Notes under the pieces: model-generated
The model's database searches: none
The model's input: the letters and a program-made list of their open reading frames with translations, nothing else
Told to the model about the DNA's origin: nothing
Shown: in pieces, positions 36,304 through 45,227 of the stretch
How the letters are laid out: each line of letters starts with the position of its first letter
How positions within the stretch are numbered: position 1 is the stretch's first letter
Made by a program: the position numbers and the translations under genes
Assembly (NCBI GenBank): GCA_965208575.1
Contig: CBDBOV010000002.1
Coordinates: 512,001-576,000 of the forward strand
DNA: 64,000 nt
From: Spirochaetia bacterium
GTDB lineage: Bacteria > Spirochaetota > Spirochaetia > SZUA-6 > Bin103
Reading direction: 5' to 3'

Positions 36304-38303
36304 GCACGCTCAGCGTCGCGGAAGACCTCAGCCTGCTGCTGCTCGACGAGTCGTCGGGCGTGCTCTACCCGCTGCCGGGGCGGACGCTGGAGATCGGCCT
36401 GGCTGCCGCCGCGCTGCTGGAACTCACGCTGGCCGACCGCATCGACACCGACCTGGAGTCGCTTTACCTGGTGAATGCCGCGCCGCTGGGAGATCCGACG
36501 ACAGACCCGGTGCTGGCACAGATCGCCGCCGGCACGGAGACGCGGTCACCGGAGTACTGGGTGCGCCGTATCGGTGCGCAGCTCGGCGCACGGATCGGAG
36601 AGGCCGCCCTGGCACGGCTGGTGGAGCGCGGTATCCTGGAACGAGCGCCCGGCAACCATTACTTCCTCACCGCCCCGGTGGCGCGTTCGCGGCGCTATCC
36701 GGCGGCCAACGGCGACAGCGCGGACGAGGTTCGCATCCGGCTGATGAAGGTCCTGTTCAGCGACGACATCCCGGAACCGCGCGACGCCGACCTGATCGGA
36801 CTCGCCGAGGCGTGCGGCGTCTTCACCCGCATCCTGAGCCGCGCGGAGCTGGAGCGGGTGCGTGACCGGATCGAGCTGGTGAAGTCGCTCAACCTGCTGT
36901 GCCGCGCGGCCGCGCGGGCGATAGCCGGCGACCTGCGCGAGCGGCCGGCCGCCGCCCGCACCTACCAGCCGATTCCCGATGCCCGCGGGTTGCCGCTGAT
37001 CGGCGCCGGCCTGGCCATGAACGGCGATCTCCAGGAGTTCGTTGCCGGACTGTACCGCGACTACGGACCGATCTGCAGAGTCTCCGCGCCGGGGCGCAAG
37101 ATGATTGTCCTGGGGGGCAGGGAGGCGAACGCGTTCGTGCAGAAACACGCACGCACCCACCTGCGCAGCAACCGGTCGTTCACGGAGTTCTGCCACGCGA
37201 TGGAGACCGACCGGGCGATGATCTCCATGGACGGCCACGACCACATGAAGCTGCGGCGGACCGCGCAGGCGGGCTACTCCCGTTCGGTGATCGAGCGCAG
37301 CATGGACACGGCGATCGACATCGCGCGGCGTGCGGTGGCGTCATGGCCGGTCGGAGATCCGCTGCCGGCGTTTCGCTCGATGCAGCAGATAGTGGCCGAG
37401 CACCTGGGCGTTCTCGCCACCGGCCACTCGCCAGGGGAGTACGTCGAAGACCTGAAGTATTGGTTCGACTCGCTGATCTTCGCCGTGCGGCGCGACCGCC
37501 CGAAGTTCATGCGCGAGTACCGGTTGCGGAAGGTGCGGCCGAGGATAAAGCAGCTCTACCGCCGCGTGGTGGAGTTGCACGCCCCGGAACTGCGTGAAGG
37601 CCGCCCCGGCGACCTGATCGACGCGTTCCTGGAACTGCACCGCGACGAACCGCAGTTCCTGCCGGAGACCGACCTGATGTCCGCGGTGATCGGCCCCTAT
37701 ATCGCGGCGCTCGACACCGTGGCCGGCACCCTCGGCTTCGCGCTGTTGCGCCTGCTCCAGGAACCGGAACACGAGCGGGCGCTGCGCGACGAGGCGGATG
37801 CCGCGTTCGCCGGCGGGACGCCCGATGCACGGCAGATACGAGGGCTGGAGAAGACCCACGCGTTCGTGAAGGAGGTGATGCGCTGCCACACGATCACGCC
37901 GGTGCTCATGCGCACGGCGTGCAACTCGTTCGAGTTCGAGGGCTGCTTCGTGCCCGCCGGCGCTACGCTGCTGCTTGCAGCCGGGGTCGTGCATCGCGAC
38001 CCCGGCTACTATCCCGATCCCGAGCGTTTCGATCCCGACCGGCACCTGCCGCCGCGGCTCGAGTCGAAGCGGACGGGGGCGTTCGTGCCGTTCGGCATCG
38101 GGCCGCACACCTGCATCGGCGGCCCGTTCGCGGAGGTGCAGTTGGCGGTGACCCTCGCCACGATGGTGCACTGCGCCGAGTTCGACCGGGCTCCCTCCGG
38201 CGACCGCCGCATCAGGGTGACGGCCTACCCGAGCATCCGGCCGCACAGGAAGTGCCGCTTCCAGGTGGTGCGGCTCAGGCATGACGGGGGCGCCGCGCAG
38301 TGA
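36300..38303 (+). CDS. GPP34/GOLPH3-like domain fused to cytochrome P450
   Basis: N-terminal ~210 aa 'AEDL.LLLLDE..G......L..GLA.A.L.EL.L..RID......L.........DP.L..I......W...RLV.RGIL' (GPP34-like). C-terminal P450 with I-helix AALDT, ExxR (KEVMR), PERF and heme ligand FGIGPHTCIG. TTGA overlap with the sulfotransferase. Confidence 0.88.
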   Translation: MSTLSVAEDLSLLLLDESSGVLYPLPGRTLEIGLAAAALLELTLADRIDTDLESLYLVNAAPLGDPTTDPVLAQIAAGTETRSPEYWVRRIGAQLGARIGEAALARLVERGILERAPGNHYFLTAPVARSRRYPAANGDSADEVRIRLMKVLFSDDIPEPRDADLIGLAEACGVFTRILSRAELERVRDRIELVKSLNLLCRAAARAIAGDLRERPAAARTYQPIPDARGLPLIGAGLAMNGDLQEFVAGLYRDYGPICRVSAPGRKMIVLGGREANAFVQKHARTHLRSNRSFTEFCHAMETDRAMISMDGHDHMKLRRTAQAGYSRSVIERSMDTAIDIARRAVASWPVGDPLPAFRSMQQIVAEHLGVLATGHSPGEYVEDLKYWFDSLIFAVRRDRPKFMREYRLRKVRPRIKQLYRRVVELHAPELREGRPGDLIDAFLELHRDEPQFLPETDLMSAVIGPYIAALDTVAGTLGFALLRLLQEPEHERALRDEADAAFAGGTPDARQIRGLEKTHAFVKEVMRCHTITPVLMRTACNSFEFEGCFVPAGATLLLAAGVVHRDPGYYPDPERFDPDRHLPPRLESKRTGAFVPFGIGPHTCIGGPFAEVQLAVTLATMVHCAEFDRAPSGDRRIRVTAYPSIRPHRKCRFQVVRLRHDGGAAQ

Positions 38304-39493
38304 CCGGCGGGATCATCGACGACCCCACGTCGATTACGCCGGAGTGGATGCAGGAGACGCTGTCTCGGGGTGGCGCCGGCGCGGTGGCGGTCCGGCGGGT
38401 GGACGTCCGGGACCTCGGCGCCGGCGTCGGGCAGCTCAGCAGGATCCTGCGGGTGAGGCTCGCAGGCAGTGAGTCGTGTCCGGCGAGCGTGGTGGTCAAG
38501 CTGCCGAGCGCCGACCCGCGAATCTTCCGCATGTGCCGGCGCACGGGGCTGTACCGGCGGGAGGACCGTTTCTATCGCGCCGTGGCGCCCACCGTGCCGG
38601 TGTCGGTACCGTCGATTCTGTTCCGGGAGTTCGACGACCGCACGCACCGGTTCGTGCTGGTGATGGAGGACCTGGCAAACCGGCGCGGCGGCGGGGCGGC
38701 GGGCCGCGACCAGCTCGGCGGCGCGAGTGAAGCGGAGGCGATCACCGCCGTGCGGGCGGCGGCGCGCATCCACGCGGCGTACTGGCGCGCACCGAGCGGC
38801 CGTGCGGGGGCGCGGCCGGCATCCGCGCCGGCAGGCTACCGGGACATCTTCCGCCCGCCGGTGCGGTTCGCGTTGCAGTACGTCTACGCCAGAAGCGTGC
38901 CGAGGGTGCGGCGGGAGTTCCCGGGTGCGCTGTCCGAGGAGGAACTGTCGCTCGTGGAAGCGTTCGGGCCGTCCGTGGCGGCCGTGCTCGGCAGCCTGAG
39001 CCGCGGCGCGCGGACGTTCATCCACGGCGACTACCGGCTCGACAACATGTTCTTTCTGCCGGACGCCGCCGACCGGTTCGCCGTCGTGGACTGGCAGGCG
39101 AGCGCCATCGGCAGCGGACTGTACGACGTGGCGTACTTCATCTGCACCAGCCTGACCGAGACGGTGCGGCGGCGCGCCGAGGGCGGGCTGCTGGAGGCGT
39201 ACCACGCGGCGCTGGTCGAGGCGGGCGTGCGCGGCTTCGCCCGCGACGCGTGCCGGCGGCTGTATCGTGCGTGCGTCCTCGCCTGCCTGGTGAGGATGGT
39301 GATCGTGGCCGGTTCTTCGGGGATCGAGAATGACCGGGCGCGCGAGCTGGCGCGGCAGTGCCTGCGGCGAACGGTGGCGGCGATTCACGACCAGGACGCC
39401 TGGACGGTCGCTGCCGGACGCAAGGCCGGGGGGCTCGGCGGGGTGATCACGTGGCTGGCGGACAGGGCCGCGCGGCGCGAGGCGGCGCGATGA
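38300..39493 (+). CDS. APH/choline/ecdysteroid-kinase-like small-molecule phosphotransferase
   Basis: 'G.G.LS.I.RV', 'SVVVKLP', 'RE.RFY', 'LVMEDL', 'TFIHGDYRLDNMFF', 'VVDWQ', 'DVAYF'; GTGA overlap. Confidence 0.85.
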   Translation: MTGGIIDDPTSITPEWMQETLSRGGAGAVAVRRVDVRDLGAGVGQLSRILRVRLAGSESCPASVVVKLPSADPRIFRMCRRTGLYRREDRFYRAVAPTVPVSVPSILFREFDDRTHRFVLVMEDLANRRGGGAAGRDQLGGASEAEAITAVRAAARIHAAYWRAPSGRAGARPASAPAGYRDIFRPPVRFALQYVYARSVPRVRREFPGALSEEELSLVEAFGPSVAAVLGSLSRGARTFIHGDYRLDNMFFLPDAADRFAVVDWQASAIGSGLYDVAYFICTSLTETVRRRAEGGLLEAYHAALVEAGVRGFARDACRRLYRACVLACLVRMVIVAGSSGIENDRARELARQCLRRTVAAIHDQDAWTVAAGRKAGGLGGVITWLADRAARREAAR

Positions 39494-41115
39494 CCGGCCC
39501 GGGGCGCGGCCCGGCGCTCGCGTGGCGGAGCGCGATGGCGGCGCTGTTCCTGGTCGCCCTCGGCAACACCGCGGTGGTCACCGTGCTGCCGGCGATCATC
39601 GCGGACCTGGGCGGCTTCGACCGCTACGCATGGGCATCCACCTCCTACCTGATCGCCGCCACCACCGCCATGCCGATCGCCGGCAGGCTGGCCGATCTTC
39701 ATGGCCGCCGGGCGTTCTTTCTGATCGGCGTGGTGATCTTCATGGCGGCCTCCATACCGGTGGCGCTGAGCGGTACCATGGAGCAACTCGTCCTGTTCCG
39801 GGCCCTGCAGGGGCTCGGCGGCGGCATCATCATGGTCAACAGCACCGCCGCTATCGCGGACCTGGCGCCCCCCAAGGAGCGCGGCAAGTACCACGGCTTC
39901 ATGGGGATGGTGTTCAGCCTTGCCACCGTCGTGGGGCCGCTGGTGGGCGGGATCGTGGTCGACCGCTTGCATTGGTGGGGGTGGGCGTTCCTGATCAACG
40001 TGCCGCTGGGCATTCCGGTGTTGATCCTGCTCGCGCGCTTCTTTCCGCGTCCCGGCGCCCTGGCGCCGGCGCAACCGGAGACCTCAGCCGGCGCCGGCGG
40101 GTCCGCGAGCGCGCCGCGGATCGACTATGCAGGCATCGCCACCCTGGTGCCGGCGACCGTCGCCACCCTGGTGGCGCTGTCGGTGGCGGGGGTGCAGTTT
40201 CCGTGGCGTTCGTGGCAGGTCGTTTGCCTGCTCGCCGTCGGGCTGGCGATGACCGTGGTGTTTCTGGCGGTCGAGTCGCGCTCGCGGTGCCCGATCGTAC
40301 CGCTGACGATCTATCGCTACCGCGGCGTGCCGGCCGCGGTGGCGGCCACCTTCCTGGCAAGCTTCGGCCTGTACGGCATCATTCTGTTCGTTCCGCTGTT
40401 TTTCCAGGCGGTGCAGAATGCCTCCGCCGGACGCAGCGGCGTGTTCCTGGTGCCGATCATCGTCGGCGTCACGGTGGGCGCCGTGGCGGCGGGCCAGTTG
40501 GTGTCCCGCACCGAGGGGCGCGAGCGGCTCCTCGCCGTGGCGGGCGCCGTACTCCTCACCGGCGGCATCTACCTGCTTTCGACGCTGTCCGCCGAGACCG
40601 GCTCCGTGCTGGCCGTTGCCTACGTCCTGCTCATGGGCGCCGGGGTCGGCGCGGTGTTCACGCTGGCGGGGGTGGTGGTGCAGAACGCCGTCCCGCACGA
40701 GGATGCGGGCGCGGCCACCGCGGCCGTACAGTTTCAGCGGGCGGTAGGCGGTACGGTGGGCGTGGCGGTGCTCGGCGCGATGATGGCACGGCGCACCGCG
40801 GACCGGCTCCGCGAGGAGGTACCGGCGCGCGTGCGCGAACTGCTCCCCGACGGGTGGCTGGACCTGGCCAACGCAACCCAACTGCTCGTCGATCGGTCCG
40901 CTGCCGCCACCCTCGCCGAGCAGATTTCGGCGCCAGGGTCGGGCGCGGCCGAGCTGGCCCGGGAAGTAGCCGGCTACGCCGCGGCGGCGTTGGGCGGAGC
41001 GCTCGGCGACACCTTCCTGCTCGCGGCAGCGGTCGCCGGCGCTTCGCTGGCGGTCGCGTTCTTCATGCGCGTCCCCGGGGAGCGTACCAGGGCCGGAGAT
41101 CCGCCCCCAACCTGA
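39490..41115 (+). CDS. MFS efflux transporter, DHA2 (14-TM) type
   Basis: 'GRLADLHGRR' motif A, 'RALQGLGGG', 'GPLVGG', 'WAFLINVPLG'; ATGA overlap. Confidence 0.9.
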   Translation: MTGPGRGPALAWRSAMAALFLVALGNTAVVTVLPAIIADLGGFDRYAWASTSYLIAATTAMPIAGRLADLHGRRAFFLIGVVIFMAASIPVALSGTMEQLVLFRALQGLGGGIIMVNSTAAIADLAPPKERGKYHGFMGMVFSLATVVGPLVGGIVVDRLHWWGWAFLINVPLGIPVLILLARFFPRPGALAPAQPETSAGAGGSASAPRIDYAGIATLVPATVATLVALSVAGVQFPWRSWQVVCLLAVGLAMTVVFLAVESRSRCPIVPLTIYRYRGVPAAVAATFLASFGLYGIILFVPLFFQAVQNASAGRSGVFLVPIIVGVTVGAVAAGQLVSRTEGRERLLAVAGAVLLTGGIYLLSTLSAETGSVLAVAYVLLMGAGVGAVFTLAGVVVQNAVPHEDAGAATAAVQFQRAVGGTVGVAVLGAMMARRTADRLREEVPARVRELLPDGWLDLANATQLLVDRSAAATLAEQISAPGSGAAELAREVAGYAAAALGGALGDTFLLAAAVAGASLAVAFFMRVPGERTRAGDPPPT

Positions 41116-41233
41116 GCCGCCCGCCGGCCCGGCCGGCACGCGGGGCCACCCGCCGCCGGCCGTCGTACACGCACGCCCGGCAGCTTGCTGGTCAGGTCGC
41201 GTACTCTCCCCGAGACGCGGCACGGGCGCGAAC

Positions 41234-41740
41234 TCACTGCCGCGGAGGGTCGATCGCTCGGTGCAGGCGGATCTGTCGCCCCTGGTCGCGAACGCCCCCG
41301 CCGCGGCGCCACCCCATCGCCTGGTAGAAGTCGATGCCTTGGCGATAGCCGGCCACGGTCCACAGTATCGCCGCGCGGTAGCCGTCCAGGTCGAGGTGGC
41401 GGTGGGCAACGGCGATCAGCGCGCTGCCGACTCCCGTGCGCCAGTGCGGTTCGTCCACGAAGACACTGTCCAGCTCGCCGATCGAGGGATCCACCGGATC
41501 GCGGCTCGGGCCGATGCCGGCGCACCCGACGATCGAGCCCGCGCGCTCGGCGACCCACCACCGGTGCGGCACTGGCCGAGACAGGTCGCGCCGCCAGCGG
41601 GCGACCAGGTCCGGCGTCACGGTTCGATCCGCCTGCGACACCAACTCGCCGAACGAGGTATTCCACGAATCGACGTAGATGCGTGTGACAACCTCGGCGT
41701 CGGACGCCGACGCTGGCCGGATAACGAGCCCCGGCCTCAT
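41234..41740 (-). CDS. GNAT family N-acetyltransferase
   Basis: 'IRPA...DA....RIYV.SW', 'GEL.S.FV...HWRTGVGS.L', 'LWT......G..FY..MGW'. Confidence 0.85.
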   Translation of the reverse strand: MRPGLVIRPASASDAEVVTRIYVDSWNTSFGELVSQADRTVTPDLVARWRRDLSRPVPHRWWVAERAGSIVGCAGIGPSRDPVDPSIGELDSVFVDEPHWRTGVGSALIAVAHRHLDLDGYRAAILWTVAGYRQGIDFYQAMGWRRGGGVRDQGRQIRLHRAIDPPRQ

Positions 41741-41907
41741 GTCACCCCGCACTACCGGCACGCTTCCGGTCCGTCCTGTCCGGCGTTCGGGCACGCATGG
41801 CGCAGTTCCCGCGTTACGCCGAACGTGGTGGGTAACGCGACGGGCGAATGCAAGGGCATGTCGCCTGCACTGCCCCTACCAACCGCAGGAACGTGAACGA
41901 CACCTCG

Positions 41908-42204
41908 CTACGGCTGACGGCGGAGGTGGTGTTCGCCAAAGGCATGGAAGTAGTGCAGCAGGCGATCCACCATCGGCGCGGCCGACGGCGCGACGCGGCA
42001 CTCGTGTCGGGCCCGATCATGGATGCTGTCGAGCAGCGATTGACCGGCGCTGTCGGCGGCGGGCTGACCGCCATGCCGCGCGCACTCGCGGGCGCAGGAG
42101 AGCAGCACGATGGAGACCGCGGTGGCGACCGACTGCGGGGCTATCTGGGCCGCTTGCTTCAGGTATGCACTGCAGGCGGCGAGTTCCGTGGGTGTATCCG
42201 ACAT
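41908..42204 (-). CDS. Small hypothetical protein (98 aa)
   Basis: ATG 42204 preceded by GGAG; codons are mostly G/C-ending; fills an otherwise empty gap. No recognisable family. Confidence 0.4.
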   Translation of the reverse strand: MSDTPTELAACSAYLKQAAQIAPQSVATAVSIVLLSCARECARHGGQPAADSAGQSLLDSIHDRARHECRVAPSAAPMVDRLLHYFHAFGEHHLRRQP

Positions 42205-42462
42205 CACGCTCCAATGCTCCAATGCCGGGCGCCCGTTGGTCCAGGTCAAGTGGCTTCCGAGCCCGTGGGCCGCCGGGGCCGTGGGCTGCCGGGCTCTTCG
42301 GCCACCGGGCCGGCGGGCCGCCACGGGCCAACCGGCTGCCGGCGGCACCGTGGGCGCCGGGCACTCCGGGCACTCCGGACTCCGGCACGGGGGCGCGTCA
42401 TCTCTGCTATTATCGCGCCCGGTGCGCCGTGGTGACGCGGCGCGCCTGAGGAGTGATGCCCT

Positions 42463-43425
42463 GTGGAAGCACGACCGACCGTCCTGGTGCTTGGCTCGCC
42501 GGCCCCGGCCCACCTGCCGGAGCGCACCGTCCTGGAGCCCCTGGCCGAGGTGGTCTACAACCGGGTGAAGACTCGCGAAGAACTGTACGCCGCGGTGCGC
42601 GACGTGGACGCGGTGATGATCGGGCTGGAGAACTTCGATGCGCCGCTGATCGAGAGCATGCGGCGCTGCCGGATCATCTCCCGCTATGGGATCGGCTACG
42701 ACAACATCGATGTCGACGCCGCCACCAGGGCGGGGATCTGGGTGGGGCGGGTGCCCGACTACGGCTGGGAGGCGGTGTCCGACCACGCCCTGGCGCTGTT
42801 CCTGGCCTGTGTGCGCGACCTCGGCAGCCTGGACCGCAGGGCGCGCGCCGGGCAGCCGGGCCGGCGGCGCCCGATGTTCCTGGTCAAGGGCCGTACCTTC
42901 GGAGTAATCGGTTGCGGCGGTATCGGCGGCGCGCTGGTGCGCAAGCTGGCCGGGTTCGGCTTGGCGCACATCCTGGTGCACGACCCGTATATGAGCGCGG
43001 AACAGGTGGCCGCCGCCGGCGGCGAGGCGGTCGACCTGGAGACGCTGCTGCGCGAGTCCGATTTCGTATCGCTGCACACGCCGCTGACCGACGGGACGCG
43101 CGGCATGATCGGCGCTGCGCAGCTCGCCCTGATGAAACCGAGCGCCGTCCTGGTCAACACGTCGCGCGGCCCCGTGGTGGACGAGGCGGCGCTGGCGGCG
43201 GCGCTGGCCGACGGCACCATCGCGGCGGCGGGGCTGGACGTGTTCGAGACCGAGCCGCTGCCCGCCGACAGCCCGCTCACCGGCCTGGACAACGTGATCC
43301 TGACCAACCACCTGGCGTGGTACACCGAGGAGTCGTCGGTGGAGCTGGCCACCAAGGCGGCCCGCAACATCCGCGAAGTGTTCTCCGGCCGCCCGCCCCT
43401 CTACCCCGTCAACCGCATCAAATAA
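42463..43425 (+). CDS. D-isomer-specific 2-hydroxyacid dehydrogenase (SerA/CtBP-like)
   Basis: 'RYGIGYDNID', 'GVIGCGGIG', 'SLHTPLT', 'VNTSRG', 'GLDVFETEP', 'TNHLAW'. Confidence 0.92.
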   Translation: MEARPTVLVLGSPAPAHLPERTVLEPLAEVVYNRVKTREELYAAVRDVDAVMIGLENFDAPLIESMRRCRIISRYGIGYDNIDVDAATRAGIWVGRVPDYGWEAVSDHALALFLACVRDLGSLDRRARAGQPGRRRPMFLVKGRTFGVIGCGGIGGALVRKLAGFGLAHILVHDPYMSAEQVAAAGGEAVDLETLLRESDFVSLHTPLTDGTRGMIGAAQLALMKPSAVLVNTSRGPVVDEAALAAALADGTIAAAGLDVFETEPLPADSPLTGLDNVILTNHLAWYTEESSVELATKAARNIREVFSGRPPLYPVNRIK

Positions 43426-43457
43426 CCCGCCGGGCGAGCGACGTCAGGATCGGACGG

Positions 43458-44744
43458 GTGATCCGAAAGAAGCTGTTCGCAAGCGTGCTGCTGGTGGCGG
43501 TCGCTGCGATTGTCGCGGCCACACTCCCCGCCGAAGAGATCCCGACGGCGGTGCCGGGGGAGGTGGGGATGTCGGGCGAGCGGCTGCGCGCGATCGATGC
43601 CGTGATGCGGCGCCACGTCGACTCGGGGGAGATTCAGGGGGCGGTCACGGCGGTGGCGCGGCGTGGCAGGGTGGTGCACTTCGAGGCCTACGGACTGATG
43701 GACGTCGGGCGCGGCCGGGCGATGCGGGAGGACGCGATCTTTCGCATGGCTTCCTCGTCGAAACCGGTGCTCGCCGTGGCGGCGATGATGCTGATCGAGG
43801 AGGGGCTCCTGCACCCGAACGACGAGGTAGCCGCGTACCTGCCGGAGTTCGGGGCGATGCAGGTGGCCGTGCTCAAGGAGCCCGCGGACCGGGACGTCAG
43901 CCCCTGGTTCGTGGCCGCGGGCAAGGGCAAGGGGGCGAAGGGCGAGATACCGGAGCACCGCCTGGTGCCGGCACGGCGGGCGATCACCATCCACGATCTG
44001 CTGACCCACACCTCCGGGATCGACGCATCCGGCCTCGGCTCGGCGGTGTCCGCGTGGCCGGAACCGGGCCCGGAGGCGACCCTGGCCAGCCACGTTCCGC
44101 TCTACGCCGGCATGCTCCTGGACTTTCAGCCGGGCACGCGTTGGGGCTACAGCCCGCGGGTGGGCCACGACGTGGTGGCCCGTATCATCGAGATCGCCTC
44201 CGGGCTGTCCTACGACGAGTTCATCCGCGCCCGGATCTTCGCGCCGCTCGGCATGAGAGACACCCACTTCTTTCTGCCGCCGGAGAAGGAACCGAGGCGG
44301 GTGGTGATTCATAGTCTCGATGCCAAGGCGAAGGGCTGGGACCAACCGAGCCGCTACGTCTCCGCCTCCGGCGGGCTCTCCAGCACCGCGCGGGACTACC
44401 TGCGCTTCGAGCAGATGCTCGCCAACGGCGGCACATTGTTCGGGGAGCGCCTCCTCAGCGCCGAGTCGGTTGCGGCCATGTCCAGCAACCAGGTCGGCGA
44501 CCTCTACCAGGTGGACGGCAAGCAGGCAGGCCGCGGGTTCGGCTACGGCGTGGCGGTGGTCCTGGACCCGGCCACCGCAAACACGGCCCGCGGCCGCGGC
44601 GCGTTCGGCTGGGCCGGCGCGTTCGGCACCACCACCTGGACCGACCCGGAGCACGAAGTCACTGCCGTGCTGATGGTGCAGCAGGGCAGCGCACGAGTGC
44701 TCCACGACTTCGAGCACGCCATCCGCGCCGCAATTGTCGACTGA
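43458..44744 (+). CDS. Serine hydrolase, beta-lactamase (class C / EstB) family, secreted
   Basis: SxxK in 'FRMASSSKP', 'DLLTHTSG', 'PGTRWGYS', 'GGL.ST.RDY.RF', 'FGWAGA'; signal peptide. Confidence 0.9.
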   Translation: MIRKKLFASVLLVAVAAIVAATLPAEEIPTAVPGEVGMSGERLRAIDAVMRRHVDSGEIQGAVTAVARRGRVVHFEAYGLMDVGRGRAMREDAIFRMASSSKPVLAVAAMMLIEEGLLHPNDEVAAYLPEFGAMQVAVLKEPADRDVSPWFVAAGKGKGAKGEIPEHRLVPARRAITIHDLLTHTSGIDASGLGSAVSAWPEPGPEATLASHVPLYAGMLLDFQPGTRWGYSPRVGHDVVARIIEIASGLSYDEFIRARIFAPLGMRDTHFFLPPEKEPRRVVIHSLDAKAKGWDQPSRYVSASGGLSSTARDYLRFEQMLANGGTLFGERLLSAESVAAMSSNQVGDLYQVDGKQAGRGFGYGVAVVLDPATANTARGRGAFGWAGAFGTTTWTDPEHEVTAVLMVQQGSARVLHDFEHAIRAAIVD

Positions 44745-44875
44745 GGGCTGCGCGACATCGATACGCCAGGACTATCCCACGCTACGAAACCGCGGTCTGT
44801 CACGCACCGCCTCGTCGCCGCCCCATCGATTCTGGCGACCTGCACCTGATCCGCGGTTCTCATGCCACGATTCAC

Positions 44876-45037
44876 GTGAGCCGGTACGGTCACTCCGTGA
44901 CAGGGAAGACGATGAAAACCGATGCCCGAGCATCGCCCACCAGCCGGCTTTTTTCGGACCAGCCTACGGTCAGCGAACGGTTCGCCGTGGGCCGAGTGCC
45001 TGAAAAAAGTCGAGAAAATCGCTCGCTGCGGGCCTGA
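44876..45037 (+). pseudogene. Degenerate copy of the N-terminus of the lipoprotein gene at window start
   Basis: 44876-44960 aligns with the reverse complement of 129-212 (CGGTACGGTCACTCCGTGACAGGGAAGACGATGAAA identical). An extra T in the T-run near 44949-44954 shifts the frame. Confidence 0.7.
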
Positions 45038-45227
45038 GGGGGTTGACATGGTTTCGGGCGCGCGATTGCGCCACGTCCCCGACCCCGCCTGTTCCGCTCC
45101 CCTTGGCGCCCTCAGCGCGCGCTCTCGGCCCGCCGCGTCCGGGTCTGGCGCGCAAAGCCCAAATCGGACGGGCGGCTCGTCCACGGGCCGGCACGGGGCC
45201 ACCGAATACCGGGTGTACCATGGCGGC

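Noticed and set aside
41908-41975. 'MVDRLLH' resemblance to the IS21 IstB C-terminus
   Set aside because: Only 7 residues match; no Walker motifs or istA nearby.
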